From Myxococcales bacterium (GTDB lineage: Bacteria > Myxococcota_A > UBA9042 > JABWCM01 > BTVJ01), in contig BTVJ01000003.1 in the NCBI GenBank assembly GCA_045863395.1, forward strand, positions 1 to 64,000: a DNA stretch of 64,000 nucleotides, in the 5' to 3' direction. A model generated the notes under the pieces. It saw only the letters and a program-made list of their open reading frames with translations, made no database searches and had not been told where the DNA came from. Numbering within the stretch: the stretch's first letter is position 1; each line of letters begins with the position of its first letter. The position numbers and the translations under genes were made by a program. Shown piece by piece: positions 56,001-64,000 of this stretch.

Positions 56001-57391
56001 TGGCTCGCTGGCTGGAGGCGCGTGTCTCCGAGGGATCGGGTGACCTGGCCGGGACCCTCGCCGCGCACCATGAGGAGGGCGGCGAGCTGGCGCGGGCCTT
56101 CCACTGGTATCGGGTCGCCGCAGACCGGGCCGAGGCGATCCTCGCATCGGCGGACGCCAGGCGCTGCCTCTCCAGGGCGATCATGCTGGCGCCGAGCGGC
56201 GAGGACGAGGCCGGGGTTCTCGCCCTCCACGAGCGCCTCGGCGACGTCCTGCTCCAGGACGGTGAGCACGACGAGGCGCGGGCCTCCTTCGTCACCGCCC
56301 TCTCACTGGCCGGTGACAACTCCTCGGCCCGCGCGGGCCTCCTCTGCAAGATCGGGCGAACGTGGCACCTCGCGGGGCGCCTCGACCTCGCCTCGGAGAG
56401 CCTCGACCAGGCTCTGGCCGCAGCGGGGGACACTCCGTCGGCCGTGAGCCTGGCGATCCTCGCTGAGATCGGCTGGGTCGAGTGGCTGCGTGGGCGCTTC
56501 GCCGAGGCGGAGAGCTCCCTGGAGCAGGGGGTGGCCCTCGCCGGCGAGCTGCCGACCGATGCCCAGGGGTGCGCCGGGAGGGACCGCTCACTTGCCACCC
56601 TGCTGGCCCACCTGGGGGTGGTCGCCCAGAGCAGAGGCAACCGAGCGCGAGCCGCGGAGCACTTCTCCCGGGCCGGTGAGCACTACCTCGCCGCGGGGCT
56701 GAAGGCGAGCGCTGCCACCATGGACATGAACGTCGGCTTGGTCCACCTGGCGGCGGGGCGCGCCGAGCTCGCCGTGTCCAGCCTGTCCCCAGCGCTCGCC
56801 ACCTTCGAGGTGCTCGGGTATCAGCGCGGGATCTCTGGAGCCCACGCGGGGCTGGGGCGAGCGTTCACGGTGCTGGGGAGGCCCCGCGACGCCGAGGCCC
56901 ACCTGATCCTGGCACGGAACATCGGCGCCGAGTGCGGAGCGACGGCGCGCGTGGCGGACGCCTGCTGCGGACTCGCCGAGCTGGCGCTTCGGCAGGGCCA
57001 GCCCGACCGGGCACACATGGAGGCCCTCCGGGCCGTGGAGGAGGCGCTCCGATGCCATGACGTGGAGGTGTGCGCCGGCGCCCGTCGTGTGCTGGGGCTC
57101 GCCTTGGGAGCGCTGGGGAGGGTCGAGGAGGCCCACGAGACGTTCCGCGCCGCGGTGGCGGCCCTCGAGGCGCGCGGGGTGGGCGGCTCCGCAGAGGCCC
57201 TCGCCCGGACCAGCCGCGCGTGGGGCGGCTACTGCCTGGCTTCCGCGGGTGAGGGAGAGCGCCGTGTCGAGCTGCTCCGTCGCGGGGCGGGGTTGCTGCG
57301 GAGGGCCGCCGCCACGTATCAGGGCCTCGGGCTCACGGAGGAGGCGGACGAGGCCCTCCTGTGCCTGCGCCGCACGATCCCCCTGGCGTGA
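53012..57391 (+). CDS. Multidomain Ser/Thr kinase - double zinc ribbon - degenerate class III cyclase - STAND/AAA ATPase - TPR protein (1459 aa)
   Basis: GSGGMGAVY, VAVK, HCDLKPDN, DFG, GTPDYMSPE; four CxxC pairs; GAPGVGKS; IVLDDLH; SEGNPWF; TPR-like helices. Confidence 0.9.
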   Translation: MKVCSDCRADLTDASVVLGRCPLCSGIVVTALDPEPLIGRTLDGRYLIEARLGSGGMGAVYRATQLAVQRPVAVKVMPPVYASRPRSTVRFEKEARAISHLNHPNIVTVHDFGRAAEGYLYLVMELLEGQSLSDLLCRGPLSLRRAVRLMEQVCSALSEAHGKGVVHCDLKPDNIFVVNRHDQEDAVKVLDFGIAAMVTGDSGSSSGSSSREVSGTPDYMSPERILGRRVGPETDLYSLGIILYLVLTGSRPYAGTTPMEVCLRHLNDPIPVLPPVLPADGCPSWATQALLDRLLHKDPLARLSSAEEARAALSALLRAEGGPGDAAAAPALEDGPTTGSEAQAPAHDDRSVHVGDQPTQVRCPRCGNFNAGHWRFCSACGASMDEPSCSTCGAPLAHGSVFCTVCGLQHADEREAVAPGGATESRRQVSTVHALASFEPESGLALDLEDRIELLRPLQQRWAEAVRALGGTVHGDSGEGICAIFGVPATGQTDALSAVRCAMTLARVAADMEAIGSFVFRCGVSTGPALVRRRSSRSWSVKGDVVVQAALLAGDAPPRGVLCCDSTWQEVREAVVGSAHPTPDGRGAARWLLRDLRSHSPDRSRRPGAASAPLFGRDTELATLQGRFLATVHRGSPHLVTVVGAPGVGKSRLVNELAEWVQETLPETVIVRARAVVQPEQAPYQLIRQVVTSAAAAVPEPREHAEVIAPWLDGAVPLGAPPCPLPGLDPGGDGDSLLVQRPGVLALRQLLHSLTRGRAAVIVLDDLHAADTASLDLLSTLLDGLTGVPVLVVCCAAPQLYELRPQWDSGGGVRARLDLRPLAPGPMGRLVDALLERVVPPSTAARNLVVQRSEGNPWFAEEVVRLLVQRAVIEPQTDGTWLVQTAHLDRVTMPRSIEGLLQARVDVLGDDERAVLSAAAIVGTVFWEGVVADLLPGMDTRTLSDVLSSLRRAGLVRKRRSASLPGEREYRFAGGLLREVVHGGLLRKARRAGHQAVARWLEARVSEGSGDLAGTLAAHHEEGGELARAFHWYRVAADRAEAILASADARRCLSRAIMLAPSGEDEAGVLALHERLGDVLLQDGEHDEARASFVTALSLAGDNSSARAGLLCKIGRTWHLAGRLDLASESLDQALAAAGDTPSAVSLAILAEIGWVEWLRGRFAEAESSLEQGVALAGELPTDAQGCAGRDRSLATLLAHLGVVAQSRGNRARAAEHFSRAGEHYLAAGLKASAATMDMNVGLVHLAAGRAELAVSSLSPALATFEVLGYQRGISGAHAGLGRAFTVLGRPRDAEAHLILARNIGAECGATARVADACCGLAELALRQGQPDRAHMEALRAVEEALRCHDVEVCAGARRVLGLALGALGRVEEAHETFRAAVAALEARGVGGSAEALARTSRAWGGYCLASAGEGERRVELLRRGAGLLRRAAATYQGLGLTEEADEALLCLRRTIPLA

Positions 57392-57439
57392 GCGGCCCTC
57401 GCCAGCCTGGAGCGTGCCCGGCCTCGCGTGCCGCTGCCC

Positions 57440-57468
57440 TCGACGTGCCCGGAATTGCCGGCTAGGAT
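57440..57468 (+). promoter_or_regulatory. Putative sigma70-type promoter for the second kinase
   Basis: TCGACG-N17-TAGGAT, followed by GGAG and GTG 57509. Confidence 0.4.
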
Positions 57469-57508
57469 GTCGCCCGGCGCCGCTGCCAGCGGCCCATTCG
57501 GAGTGGAC

Positions 57509-59863
57509 GTGGCAGACACCGAGAAGGTCGACCCCCAAGACCCGAAGGAGCGCTCGGCGCGCGAGCCACACCGCGTGTGCCCCGCCTGCCTCCAGAGCAA
57601 CGTGGAGGGGGTCCGCTTCTGCACCCGCTGTGGCGCCACGCTCCCCGAGCCGGGCGCGGACGAGGGGCTGGACTCCCACTACATCGGGAAGACCATCGAG
57701 AACCGCTACCTGGTCGAGGAGGTCATCGGCCGTGGCGGCATGGGCTGTGTCTACCGCGTGGAGCAGGTGCACCTCAAGAAGCCCCTGGCGCTCAAGATGC
57801 TCCACGAGAACCTGCTCTCACGCCGCTCCCAGGTCAGCCGCTTCCTGCGGGAGGCGCGGGCCATCAGCCGCCTGGAGAGCCCGCACACGGTGCGGCTCTA
57901 TGACTTCGGGCGCTACGGCGAGATCTTCTACCTGGTCATGGAGCTGTTGGAGGGGCGTGAGCTCGACCTGATCCTCGACGAGGAGGGGCCGCTGCCCACG
58001 GAGCGCGCGGTCCGGCTCCTGGTCCAGGTGTGTGATTCGCTGGCGGAGGCCCACGCCGCGGGGGTCGTCCACCGAGACCTCAAGCCCGAGAACATCATGG
58101 TGGTGCCGGGCCCGGAGGGGGAGGTCGCCAAGGTCCTGGACTTCGGCCTGGCGAAGGTGCACGACGCCGAGGATCTCCAGACCATCCAGTCGGGCAAGGG
58201 CATGTTCGGCACTCCCTACTACATGGCGCCCGAGCAGATCCGTGCGCTGAAGGTCGACGCCCGGACGGACCTCTACGCCCTCGGCGCCATGGCCTTCCGG
58301 CTGCTGACCGGCAGCTACGCTTACGAGGCCGACACCACCTTCGACATCCTCAAGAGGCACCTGTCGGACCCGGTGCCCTCCATGCGCGTGCGGGCTCCTG
58401 AGCGCCCGCTCTCCCGCGCTCTGGACCGGGTCGTCATGCGGTGCCTCGCCAAGGATCCGGCCGATCGGTTCTCCACCGCCCGCGAGGTGAAGGAGGCGCT
58501 GCTCGCCGCCCTGGAGCAGGACGCCGAGCCCCCGGGGGAGCCTGACCGCGACGCGGAGCGCCCCCAGCGGGAGCTGCTCGGTCCGATCACGCACGTCGCC
58601 AGCTTCGAGCGGCGCCTCGAGCGCCGCCGTATCGCCTACGCGGCCGCGATCTCCGTGGTGATCGTCGGCGTGATCGTCGTCGCCTGGGCGCTGGTCCGCA
58701 GCGTCGGTGCCGCCCGGAGCGATGGCGTCGAGCACGAGCCCAACAACACGGTGGAGTCCGCGGATCGCCTGTCGAGCGGGCTTCCGATCCGCGGGACCCT
58801 GGGGCAGCGCCTCTCGCCCACTGCGGGCGACAGGGACGTGTTTGCCGTCCTCGCGCAGGAGGATGGGCACCTCGCCGTGACCGTGACCGGGATCCCCGGC
58901 GTGGACCTCGCGCTCGACATCATGGATGCGCAGGGGCGCGTGCTCCAGACCTTCGACCGCTCAGGCACGGGGGACGGCGAGCAGCTCCATCACCTCCCGG
59001 TGAGCGCCGGGAGCGCCTTCCTGGCCGTGCGGGAGGCCCTGCGGCCCGGCGCCCTCCCGCGGGAGAGCCTCTCCGACACCTACGAGATCGTGGCCAGCGT
59101 CTCGGCACCGACAGGCCCCACGGAGCTGGAGACCAACGACACCCCCGCCCTCGCGACCCCGGTGGTCGAGGGCGTGCGGTTCTCTGCGTGGATGGACGGG
59201 CGTGGGGACATGGATGTGTTCCGGCTCGACGGCGCGCCGAGCGGGTCCACACGCTTCACCGTGGAGGTCTCGGCGACGAGTGGGCTCCGGCTCCGCGTCG
59301 CGCTGGACAACGGCCGCGAGGAGCCGCTCTTTGCGGCGACGACGCTCGGCGGCGCGCCCGACGAGTCCCTGGAGTTCGTGGTCTCGCCCGACTCCACGCC
59401 CGTGCGATACCTGAGCGTCTCCCTCGCCCCGGGGCCCGCGGCCACCGGCGCGTACGGCATCACGGTGCGCATGCGGCCGGAGGACGTGGCCTCCGAGTCC
59501 GAGCCCAACGACGACGTCGATGGGGCCACCCCCCTCTTGGTCGGGCAGCAGGTTCGTGGGGCGCTGGGGCGCGGCGACAGCGACGTGTTTCGCGTCCGGA
59601 TCCCTGGCGCTGCCCCGCGCGCCCTCCGCGTCGTCGTCGAGCACGAGGGCCGCACGGCTCCTGTGGTCTGGCGTCGAGACGGGGACCAGTGGGTGCAGCT
59701 CCCCTCATCACTCCCCCTGCGGTCGAGCCTCGTGGCGTTCGAGCTCGATGCCACAGGGCCGGACACGCTGGTCCGCTTGACCCCGCCGGGCTCACAGAGG
59801 CTCGACGGACCCTACCTGCTTCGCGTCGACGCGGCCCCGGACACGGTCGCCAAGGCGCCCTGA
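57509..59863 (+). CDS. Transmembrane Ser/Thr protein kinase with N-terminal zinc ribbon and extracytoplasmic PPC-like ExEPND repeats (about 784 aa)
   Basis: [63 protein letters not shown] / ELETND / ESEPND repeats. Confidence 0.92.
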   Translation: MADTEKVDPQDPKERSAREPHRVCPACLQSNVEGVRFCTRCGATLPEPGADEGLDSHYIGKTIENRYLVEEVIGRGGMGCVYRVEQVHLKKPLALKMLHENLLSRRSQVSRFLREARAISRLESPHTVRLYDFGRYGEIFYLVMELLEGRELDLILDEEGPLPTERAVRLLVQVCDSLAEAHAAGVVHRDLKPENIMVVPGPEGEVAKVLDFGLAKVHDAEDLQTIQSGKGMFGTPYYMAPEQIRALKVDARTDLYALGAMAFRLLTGSYAYEADTTFDILKRHLSDPVPSMRVRAPERPLSRALDRVVMRCLAKDPADRFSTAREVKEALLAALEQDAEPPGEPDRDAERPQRELLGPITHVASFERRLERRRIAYAAAISVVIVGVIVVAWALVRSVGAARSDGVEHEPNNTVESADRLSSGLPIRGTLGQRLSPTAGDRDVFAVLAQEDGHLAVTVTGIPGVDLALDIMDAQGRVLQTFDRSGTGDGEQLHHLPVSAGSAFLAVREALRPGALPRESLSDTYEIVASVSAPTGPTELETNDTPALATPVVEGVRFSAWMDGRGDMDVFRLDGAPSGSTRFTVEVSATSGLRLRVALDNGREEPLFAATTLGGAPDESLEFVVSPDSTPVRYLSVSLAPGPAATGAYGITVRMRPEDVASESEPNDDVDGATPLLVGQQVRGALGRGDSDVFRVRIPGAAPRALRVVVEHEGRTAPVVWRRDGDQWVQLPSSLPLRSSLVAFELDATGPDTLVRLTPPGSQRLDGPYLLRVDAAPDTVAKAP

Positions 59864-59891
59864 CACCCAGAGCGAGCTCTCGAGGAGCCCC

Positions 59892-60524
59892 ATGCCACGC
59901 ACACGTGACGAGATGGCCCGCCGGGCCGCGCAGGACATCGAGGACGGCTTCATCGTGAACCTGGGCATCGGGATCCCGACCCTGGTCGCAAACCACGTCC
60001 CACCGGGGCTCGACGTGTGGCTCCACAGCGAGAACGGTCTGCTGGGGATGGGCCCGTTCCCCTGGGAAGGGGAGGAGGACCCGCAGGTCATCAACGCGGG
60101 CAAGCAGACGGTCACCATCGTCCCAGGAGGCAGCGTCTTCGACAGCGCCATGTCCTTCGCCATGATCCGCGGTGGGCACGTGGACCTCGCGATCCTCGGC
60201 GGCATGGAGGTCAGCGCCAGCGGCGACCTCGCGAACTGGATGGTCCCCGGCGAGCGCATCAACGGCATGGGCGGCGCCATGGACCTGGTGACGGGCGCCC
60301 GCCGCGTCGTCGTGCTGATGAGCCACACCACGAAGGAGGGGGCCCCGAAGCTGTTGGAGCGCTGCTCCCTGCCACTGACCGGAGTCGGTTGCGTGCACCG
60401 CGTCATCACGGAGCTGGCGACCATCGACGTGACGCCGCAGGGGTTCCGGCTGGTGGACGTGGCCGAGGGGCACTCGGTGGACGAGGTACTGGCAGCGACC
60501 GGGGCGAGGGTGCAGGTGGGGTGA
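59892..60524 (+). CDS. 3-oxoacid CoA-transferase subunit B (210 aa)
   Basis: VNLGIGIPT, catalytic [23 protein letters not shown]. Confidence 0.95.
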   Translation: MPRTRDEMARRAAQDIEDGFIVNLGIGIPTLVANHVPPGLDVWLHSENGLLGMGPFPWEGEEDPQVINAGKQTVTIVPGGSVFDSAMSFAMIRGGHVDLAILGGMEVSASGDLANWMVPGERINGMGGAMDLVTGARRVVVLMSHTTKEGAPKLLERCSLPLTGVGCVHRVITELATIDVTPQGFRLVDVAEGHSVDEVLAATGARVQVG

Positions 60525-60526
60525 GG

Positions 60527-61042
60527 TCAGCCCTTGGTGGCGCCAAGGCCCGGGGGGCGCGCGGAGAACAGCGGCGAGATCCCGTCCGCCGGCTTTGGCT
60601 GCGACGACTGCCTGGCCAGCGCCGCCGCCTCACGCCCTGAGCGCGTTGGATCCTCCGCCTCCGTGCGCGGGAGGCCCGCGAAGCTCCCAGGCGCGCCGTC
60701 GATCATCGGCTTCGCGGCCGAGTCCACCGCCTCCGTCTTTGGCTTCGAGGCGCGGGCCGCGGCCATGGCTTGCGCGGACACGCTGACCTTGTCGATGCCC
60801 TTCTCGGGCGAGCGGTCGAACCGCCCCTCCTCCTGTGACTTGATGCCGCCTACCTGCTTCGAGAGGTCGGCGGACACCTGACGCGCCCCGTCCTTCTCCT
60901 GAAGGGACGTTGCGACCTGCTCGCTGCGCTTCTGCGGCAGCTCACCTCCGGGAGACACGCGCTGCACCTCGGCGCCGCGGCCCGGGTTCGTGGTGCTCGC
61001 AGTGACGCCGGGTGCCGGGGAGCCGCTGGTGATCATGGCCAT
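60527..61042 (-). CDS. Hypothetical low-complexity protein (171 aa)
   Basis: RBS GGAGG before ATG; high GC3 codon use; fills the gap between neighbours; contains DKVSVSAQA. Confidence 0.65.
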   Translation of the reverse strand: MAMITSGSPAPGVTASTTNPGRGAEVQRVSPGGELPQKRSEQVATSLQEKDGARQVSADLSKQVGGIKSQEEGRFDRSPEKGIDKVSVSAQAMAAARASKPKTEAVDSAAKPMIDGAPGSFAGLPRTEAEDPTRSGREAAALARQSSQPKPADGISPLFSARPPGLGATKG

Positions 61043-61196
61043 GGGGACCTCCGGTCGACAAGGATGTGCCTACCGTAGCAGAGCCGTCACGGCCGGTCCA
61101 GATGGAACCGAGCGGGTGGCCGAGCCCGCCAGGCACCTGCTTCCTGCCGGCCTCCGCCTCGTGTATGCTCGCCGCGTGCTGCACCCGGAGCTGCGG

Positions 61197-61727
61197 ATGC
61201 CCCCACTCCACACGTACCTGTCCGCGTTGATGACGCTCGCGTGCATCGCATGTGCCGGGGAGGGCGCTCCGGCGGTGCAGGACGCCGGCGCTGCCGATGT
61301 GCCCGTGGCGCCGGCCACCCCGTCCATGCAGCTCGGCAACAACCCCACGGGCAAGACAGGACCGGAGCAGTTCGGGCTGCTCGCAGAAGGGGGCGAGGTC
61401 CGGGTCGAGTGGGGCTTCCAGGGCTTCCACATGCTCGTGTTTGCGCTGCGCTGCGACCAGGGAGGGCCTGCGCCCGTCTGGATCGAGCTGCAGCTCCTGG
61501 AGGGGGACGAGGTGCTCGCGAGCGCTCGCCTGCGTCGTCCCTCGCTGGACCCTGGGGGCGACGGCGCCTTCTATGCGTGGGACATCTTCGTCCTGACCCC
61601 GGACTGGGACGCCTGGGTGGACCGCCCGGTGCTGGTGGACGCGCGCCTGCTGGACGACGAAGACCGGCTCGTGACCGCCGCGTCCGTCGGAGTCGTGGTG
61701 CGTCCCCCCCCGGGGCTGTTCGACTGA
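61197..61727 (+). CDS. Hypothetical lipoprotein (176 aa)
   Basis: Lipobox-like LACIAC; beta-rich body containing WGFQGFHM. Confidence 0.7.
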   Translation: MPPLHTYLSALMTLACIACAGEGAPAVQDAGAADVPVAPATPSMQLGNNPTGKTGPEQFGLLAEGGEVRVEWGFQGFHMLVFALRCDQGGPAPVWIELQLLEGDEVLASARLRRPSLDPGGDGAFYAWDIFVLTPDWDAWVDRPVLVDARLLDDEDRLVTAASVGVVVRPPPGLFD

Positions 61728-61734
61728 CCGCCTG

Positions 61735-63357
61735 TCACTCCCCGTCGGTCAGGGCCTCGTAGGCCTTCAGCGTGAGGAACTCGTCGAACTCCGCGGCCGT
61801 GGAGAAGCGCTCGAACATGGACGCGGCCTGCGGGAACCGCCCGGCGTCGAAGGCGGCGTCGCCCCGCTCGGCGCGGATGCGGGCCAGCTCCTCGGGGATC
61901 ACGCGCGCCAGGAGCTCTGGCGTGACCCGCGCGCCTCCCTCCAGGGTGGCGCCGTGGCGCACCCACTGCCAGATCTGGGCGCGGGAGATCTCCGCGGTGG
62001 CCGCGTCCTCCATGAGGTTGTAGATGGGCACGCACCCCGTGCCGCCGAGCCACGCCTCCAGGTACTGGATGCCCACGCGCACGTTGTGGCGCAGCCCCTC
62101 CTCGGTGCGGGTCCCCGTGGGCACGGCCAGCAGGTCAGCCGCCGTGACGTGCACGTCCTCTCGCTTGCGCGCGATCTGGTTGGGCGTCGGCATCCCCTCG
62201 TCGAAGATCGCCTTGGCCACGGGCACGAGGCCCGGGTGGGCCACCCAGGTCCCGTCGTGCCCGTCGGTCACCTCCCGCACCTTGTCGGCCCGGACCTTGG
62301 CCAGCGCGGCCTCGTTGGCGGCCTCGTCGCCCTTGATGGGGATCTGTGCCGCCATGCCGCCCATGGCGTGGACGTTGCGCCGGTGGCAGGTCTTGATGAC
62401 GAGCTGCGTGTAGGCGCGCAGGAAGGGCTGGGTCATGCCCACCTGCCCGCGGTCCGGGATGACCATGGCCGGGTCGTTTCGGAACTTCTTGATATAACTA
62501 AAGATATAGTCCCACCGGCCGCAGTTGAGGCCCGCGGAGTGCTCCCGCAGCTCCCACAGGATCTCGTCCATCTCGAAGGCCGCCGAGATGGTCTCGATGA
62601 GCACGGTCGCCTTGATGGTGCCCGCGGGGATGCCCAGCGCCTCCTGCGCGAGCAGGAAGGCACGGTTCCAGACGCGCGCCTCCGTGTGGGCCTCCAGCTT
62701 CGGCAGGTAGAAGTAGGGCCCTGTGCCCCGCTCGAGCTGGGCCCGGGCGTTGTGGAAGAAGAACAGCCCGAAGTCCAGCAGGCCGCCGGGGCACACGCGC
62801 CCATCGACGAGCACGTGCCGGTCGACCAGGTGGAAGCCCCTGGGGCGCACCATCAGCGTGGCGATCCGGTCGTTGAGGGCGTAGGTCTTGCCGGACTCTG
62901 GGGCCTCGAAGCGGATGGTCCGCCGCGCCGCGTCCCGCAGGTGGAGCTGCCCCTCGACCACGTTCTGCCAGGTCGGGGCGTTGGAGTCCTCGAAGTCCGC
63001 CATGAACACGCTGGCGCCCGAGTTCAGCGCGTTGATGATCATCTTTCGGTCCACGGGCCCCGTGATCTCGACGCGCCGGTCCTGGAGATCGGCGGGCAGC
63101 GGCGCCACCGCCCAGTCGGAGTCGCGAATGTGCTTCGTCTCTGGCAGGAAGTCCGGTCTCACGCCCCGGTCGAAGCCCCGCTGCCGCTCCGCGCGCCGCT
63201 CCAGGAGCGCGTCGATGTCGGGCCGCAAGGCGCGCACGAGCGTCGCGACCAGCTCGAGCGCCTCGCGCGTGAGGATCTGGTCGTACCCGGGACCCAGAGA
63301 GCCACGGATCTCGACGCCGTCGGGCAGGTTCAGTGAGTGGTGTGTCTGCGCGCTCAT
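61735..63357 (-). CDS. aceB: Malate synthase A (540 aa)
   Basis: DRRVEITGP, MADFEDS, VRPRG, YFYLPKLE, GLNCGRWDYIFS, GHDGTWVAHP, LMEDAATAEISR. Confidence 0.98.
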   Translation of the reverse strand: MSAQTHHSLNLPDGVEIRGSLGPGYDQILTREALELVATLVRALRPDIDALLERRAERQRGFDRGVRPDFLPETKHIRDSDWAVAPLPADLQDRRVEITGPVDRKMIINALNSGASVFMADFEDSNAPTWQNVVEGQLHLRDAARRTIRFEAPESGKTYALNDRIATLMVRPRGFHLVDRHVLVDGRVCPGGLLDFGLFFFHNARAQLERGTGPYFYLPKLEAHTEARVWNRAFLLAQEALGIPAGTIKATVLIETISAAFEMDEILWELREHSAGLNCGRWDYIFSYIKKFRNDPAMVIPDRGQVGMTQPFLRAYTQLVIKTCHRRNVHAMGGMAAQIPIKGDEAANEAALAKVRADKVREVTDGHDGTWVAHPGLVPVAKAIFDEGMPTPNQIARKREDVHVTAADLLAVPTGTRTEEGLRHNVRVGIQYLEAWLGGTGCVPIYNLMEDAATAEISRAQIWQWVRHGATLEGGARVTPELLARVIPEELARIRAERGDAAFDAGRFPQAASMFERFSTAAEFDEFLTLKAYEALTDGE

Positions 63358-63459
63358 GGGTCCTCCTTGGTTCCGTCGGCCAGCCGATGGCGCGGCCTAC
63401 GATACACCAACGGACCGAGCGGAGCATAGGGGGCGCCCCCCGGCGCGTGGGCCTGGGTT

Positions 63460-64000
63460 TCAGAGATCCGTGTCCCCCTCCATCTCCCGGATCTTCCGGT
63501 ACAGGTTGCGCTCGCTGACGCCCAGGATGCGCGCCGCTTCGCCCCGATGCCCGTCCGTGGCGCGCAGGACGCGCTCGATGTGGGCGCGCTCGAGCTCCCT
63601 CAGGGACACCAGGGGAGCAGCGTCGTCGCTCATCGGTGGCGCAGGCCTCGTGACGCTGATCGGCAGGTGCTCGGGCAGGATCTCGTCGCGGTCGCAGACG
63701 ATCATCGCGGCCTCGATGACATGGTTCAGCTCGCGCACGTTGCCGGGCCAGCCGTGGCGCAGCAGGGCGCGAAGGGTGGCGGCCCCCAGGGTGCGCTGGA
63801 CCCCGAAGCGCCGGTTGAACAACCCCACGAAGTGCCGCGCCAGGGCCTCGACGTCCTCCGGGCGCTCCCGGAGCGGCGGCACCTCGATGCGCAGGGTGCT
63901 GATGCGGTAGAACAGGTCCTCGCGGAACAGCCCCTTGCGCACCAGCGCCGCCATGTCGCGGTTGGTCGCCGCCAGCACCCGCACGTCGACCTTGAGGTCC
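63460..64000 (-). CDS. Sigma54-dependent Fis-family transcriptional regulator, C-terminal part (5' end beyond window)
   Basis: RVLAATNRD, FREDLFYR, PPLRER, WPGNVREL, EAARILGVSERNLYRK. Confidence 0.93.
   Translation of the reverse strand, partial: DLKVDVRVLAATNRDMAALVRKGLFREDLFYRISTLRIEVPPLRERPEDVEALARHFVGLFNRRFGVQRTLGAATLRALLRHGWPGNVRELNHVIEAAMIVCDRDEILPEHLPISVTRPAPPMSDDAAPLVSLRELERAHIERVLRATDGHRGEAARILGVSERNLYRKIREMEGDTDL

Overview
A very GC-rich (roughly 70% by eye), gene-dense bacterial window. It looks like Myxococcota or a related delta-proteobacterial lineage, inferred from Cys-rich lipoproteins, Ser/Thr kinases and an FHA-sigma54 activator. About 35 genes are supported. I saw no rRNA, tRNA, CRISPR array or mobile element. 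Housekeeping genes: aldehyde dehydrogenase, YeeE/YedE pair, carbamate kinase, tkt, short leuA-like, thiolase, leuB-like, Fe/Mn SOD, fbp, CoA-transferase B and aceB. These are interleaved with many secreted or lipid-anchored Cys-rich proteins. The most striking candidate system is at 1-10.6 kb. It centres on a 1791-aa lipoprotein whose C-terminal half looks like a Tc-toxin TcA-type pore module: a long helical hairpin with a hydrophobic tip, four symmetrically spaced Cys, and a TcB-binding-like terminal domain. No TcB/TcC genes are in the window. On the same strand lie a tandem-esterase lipoprotein, a signal-peptide fibre adhesin (Bdellovibrio MAT/tail-fibre-like) and a Cys-repeat lipoprotein, with a metzincin peptidase wedged antisense between them. 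Other highlights are a 3063-aa lipoprotein with 8 lamin-tail domains, an Ig-repeat lipoprotein ending in a BPI/LBP-like region, two lipoproteins sharing a gapless 25-Cys domain, and a kinase/STAND/FHA-EBP signalling cluster. All family calls come from motif recognition by eye; no searches were run.
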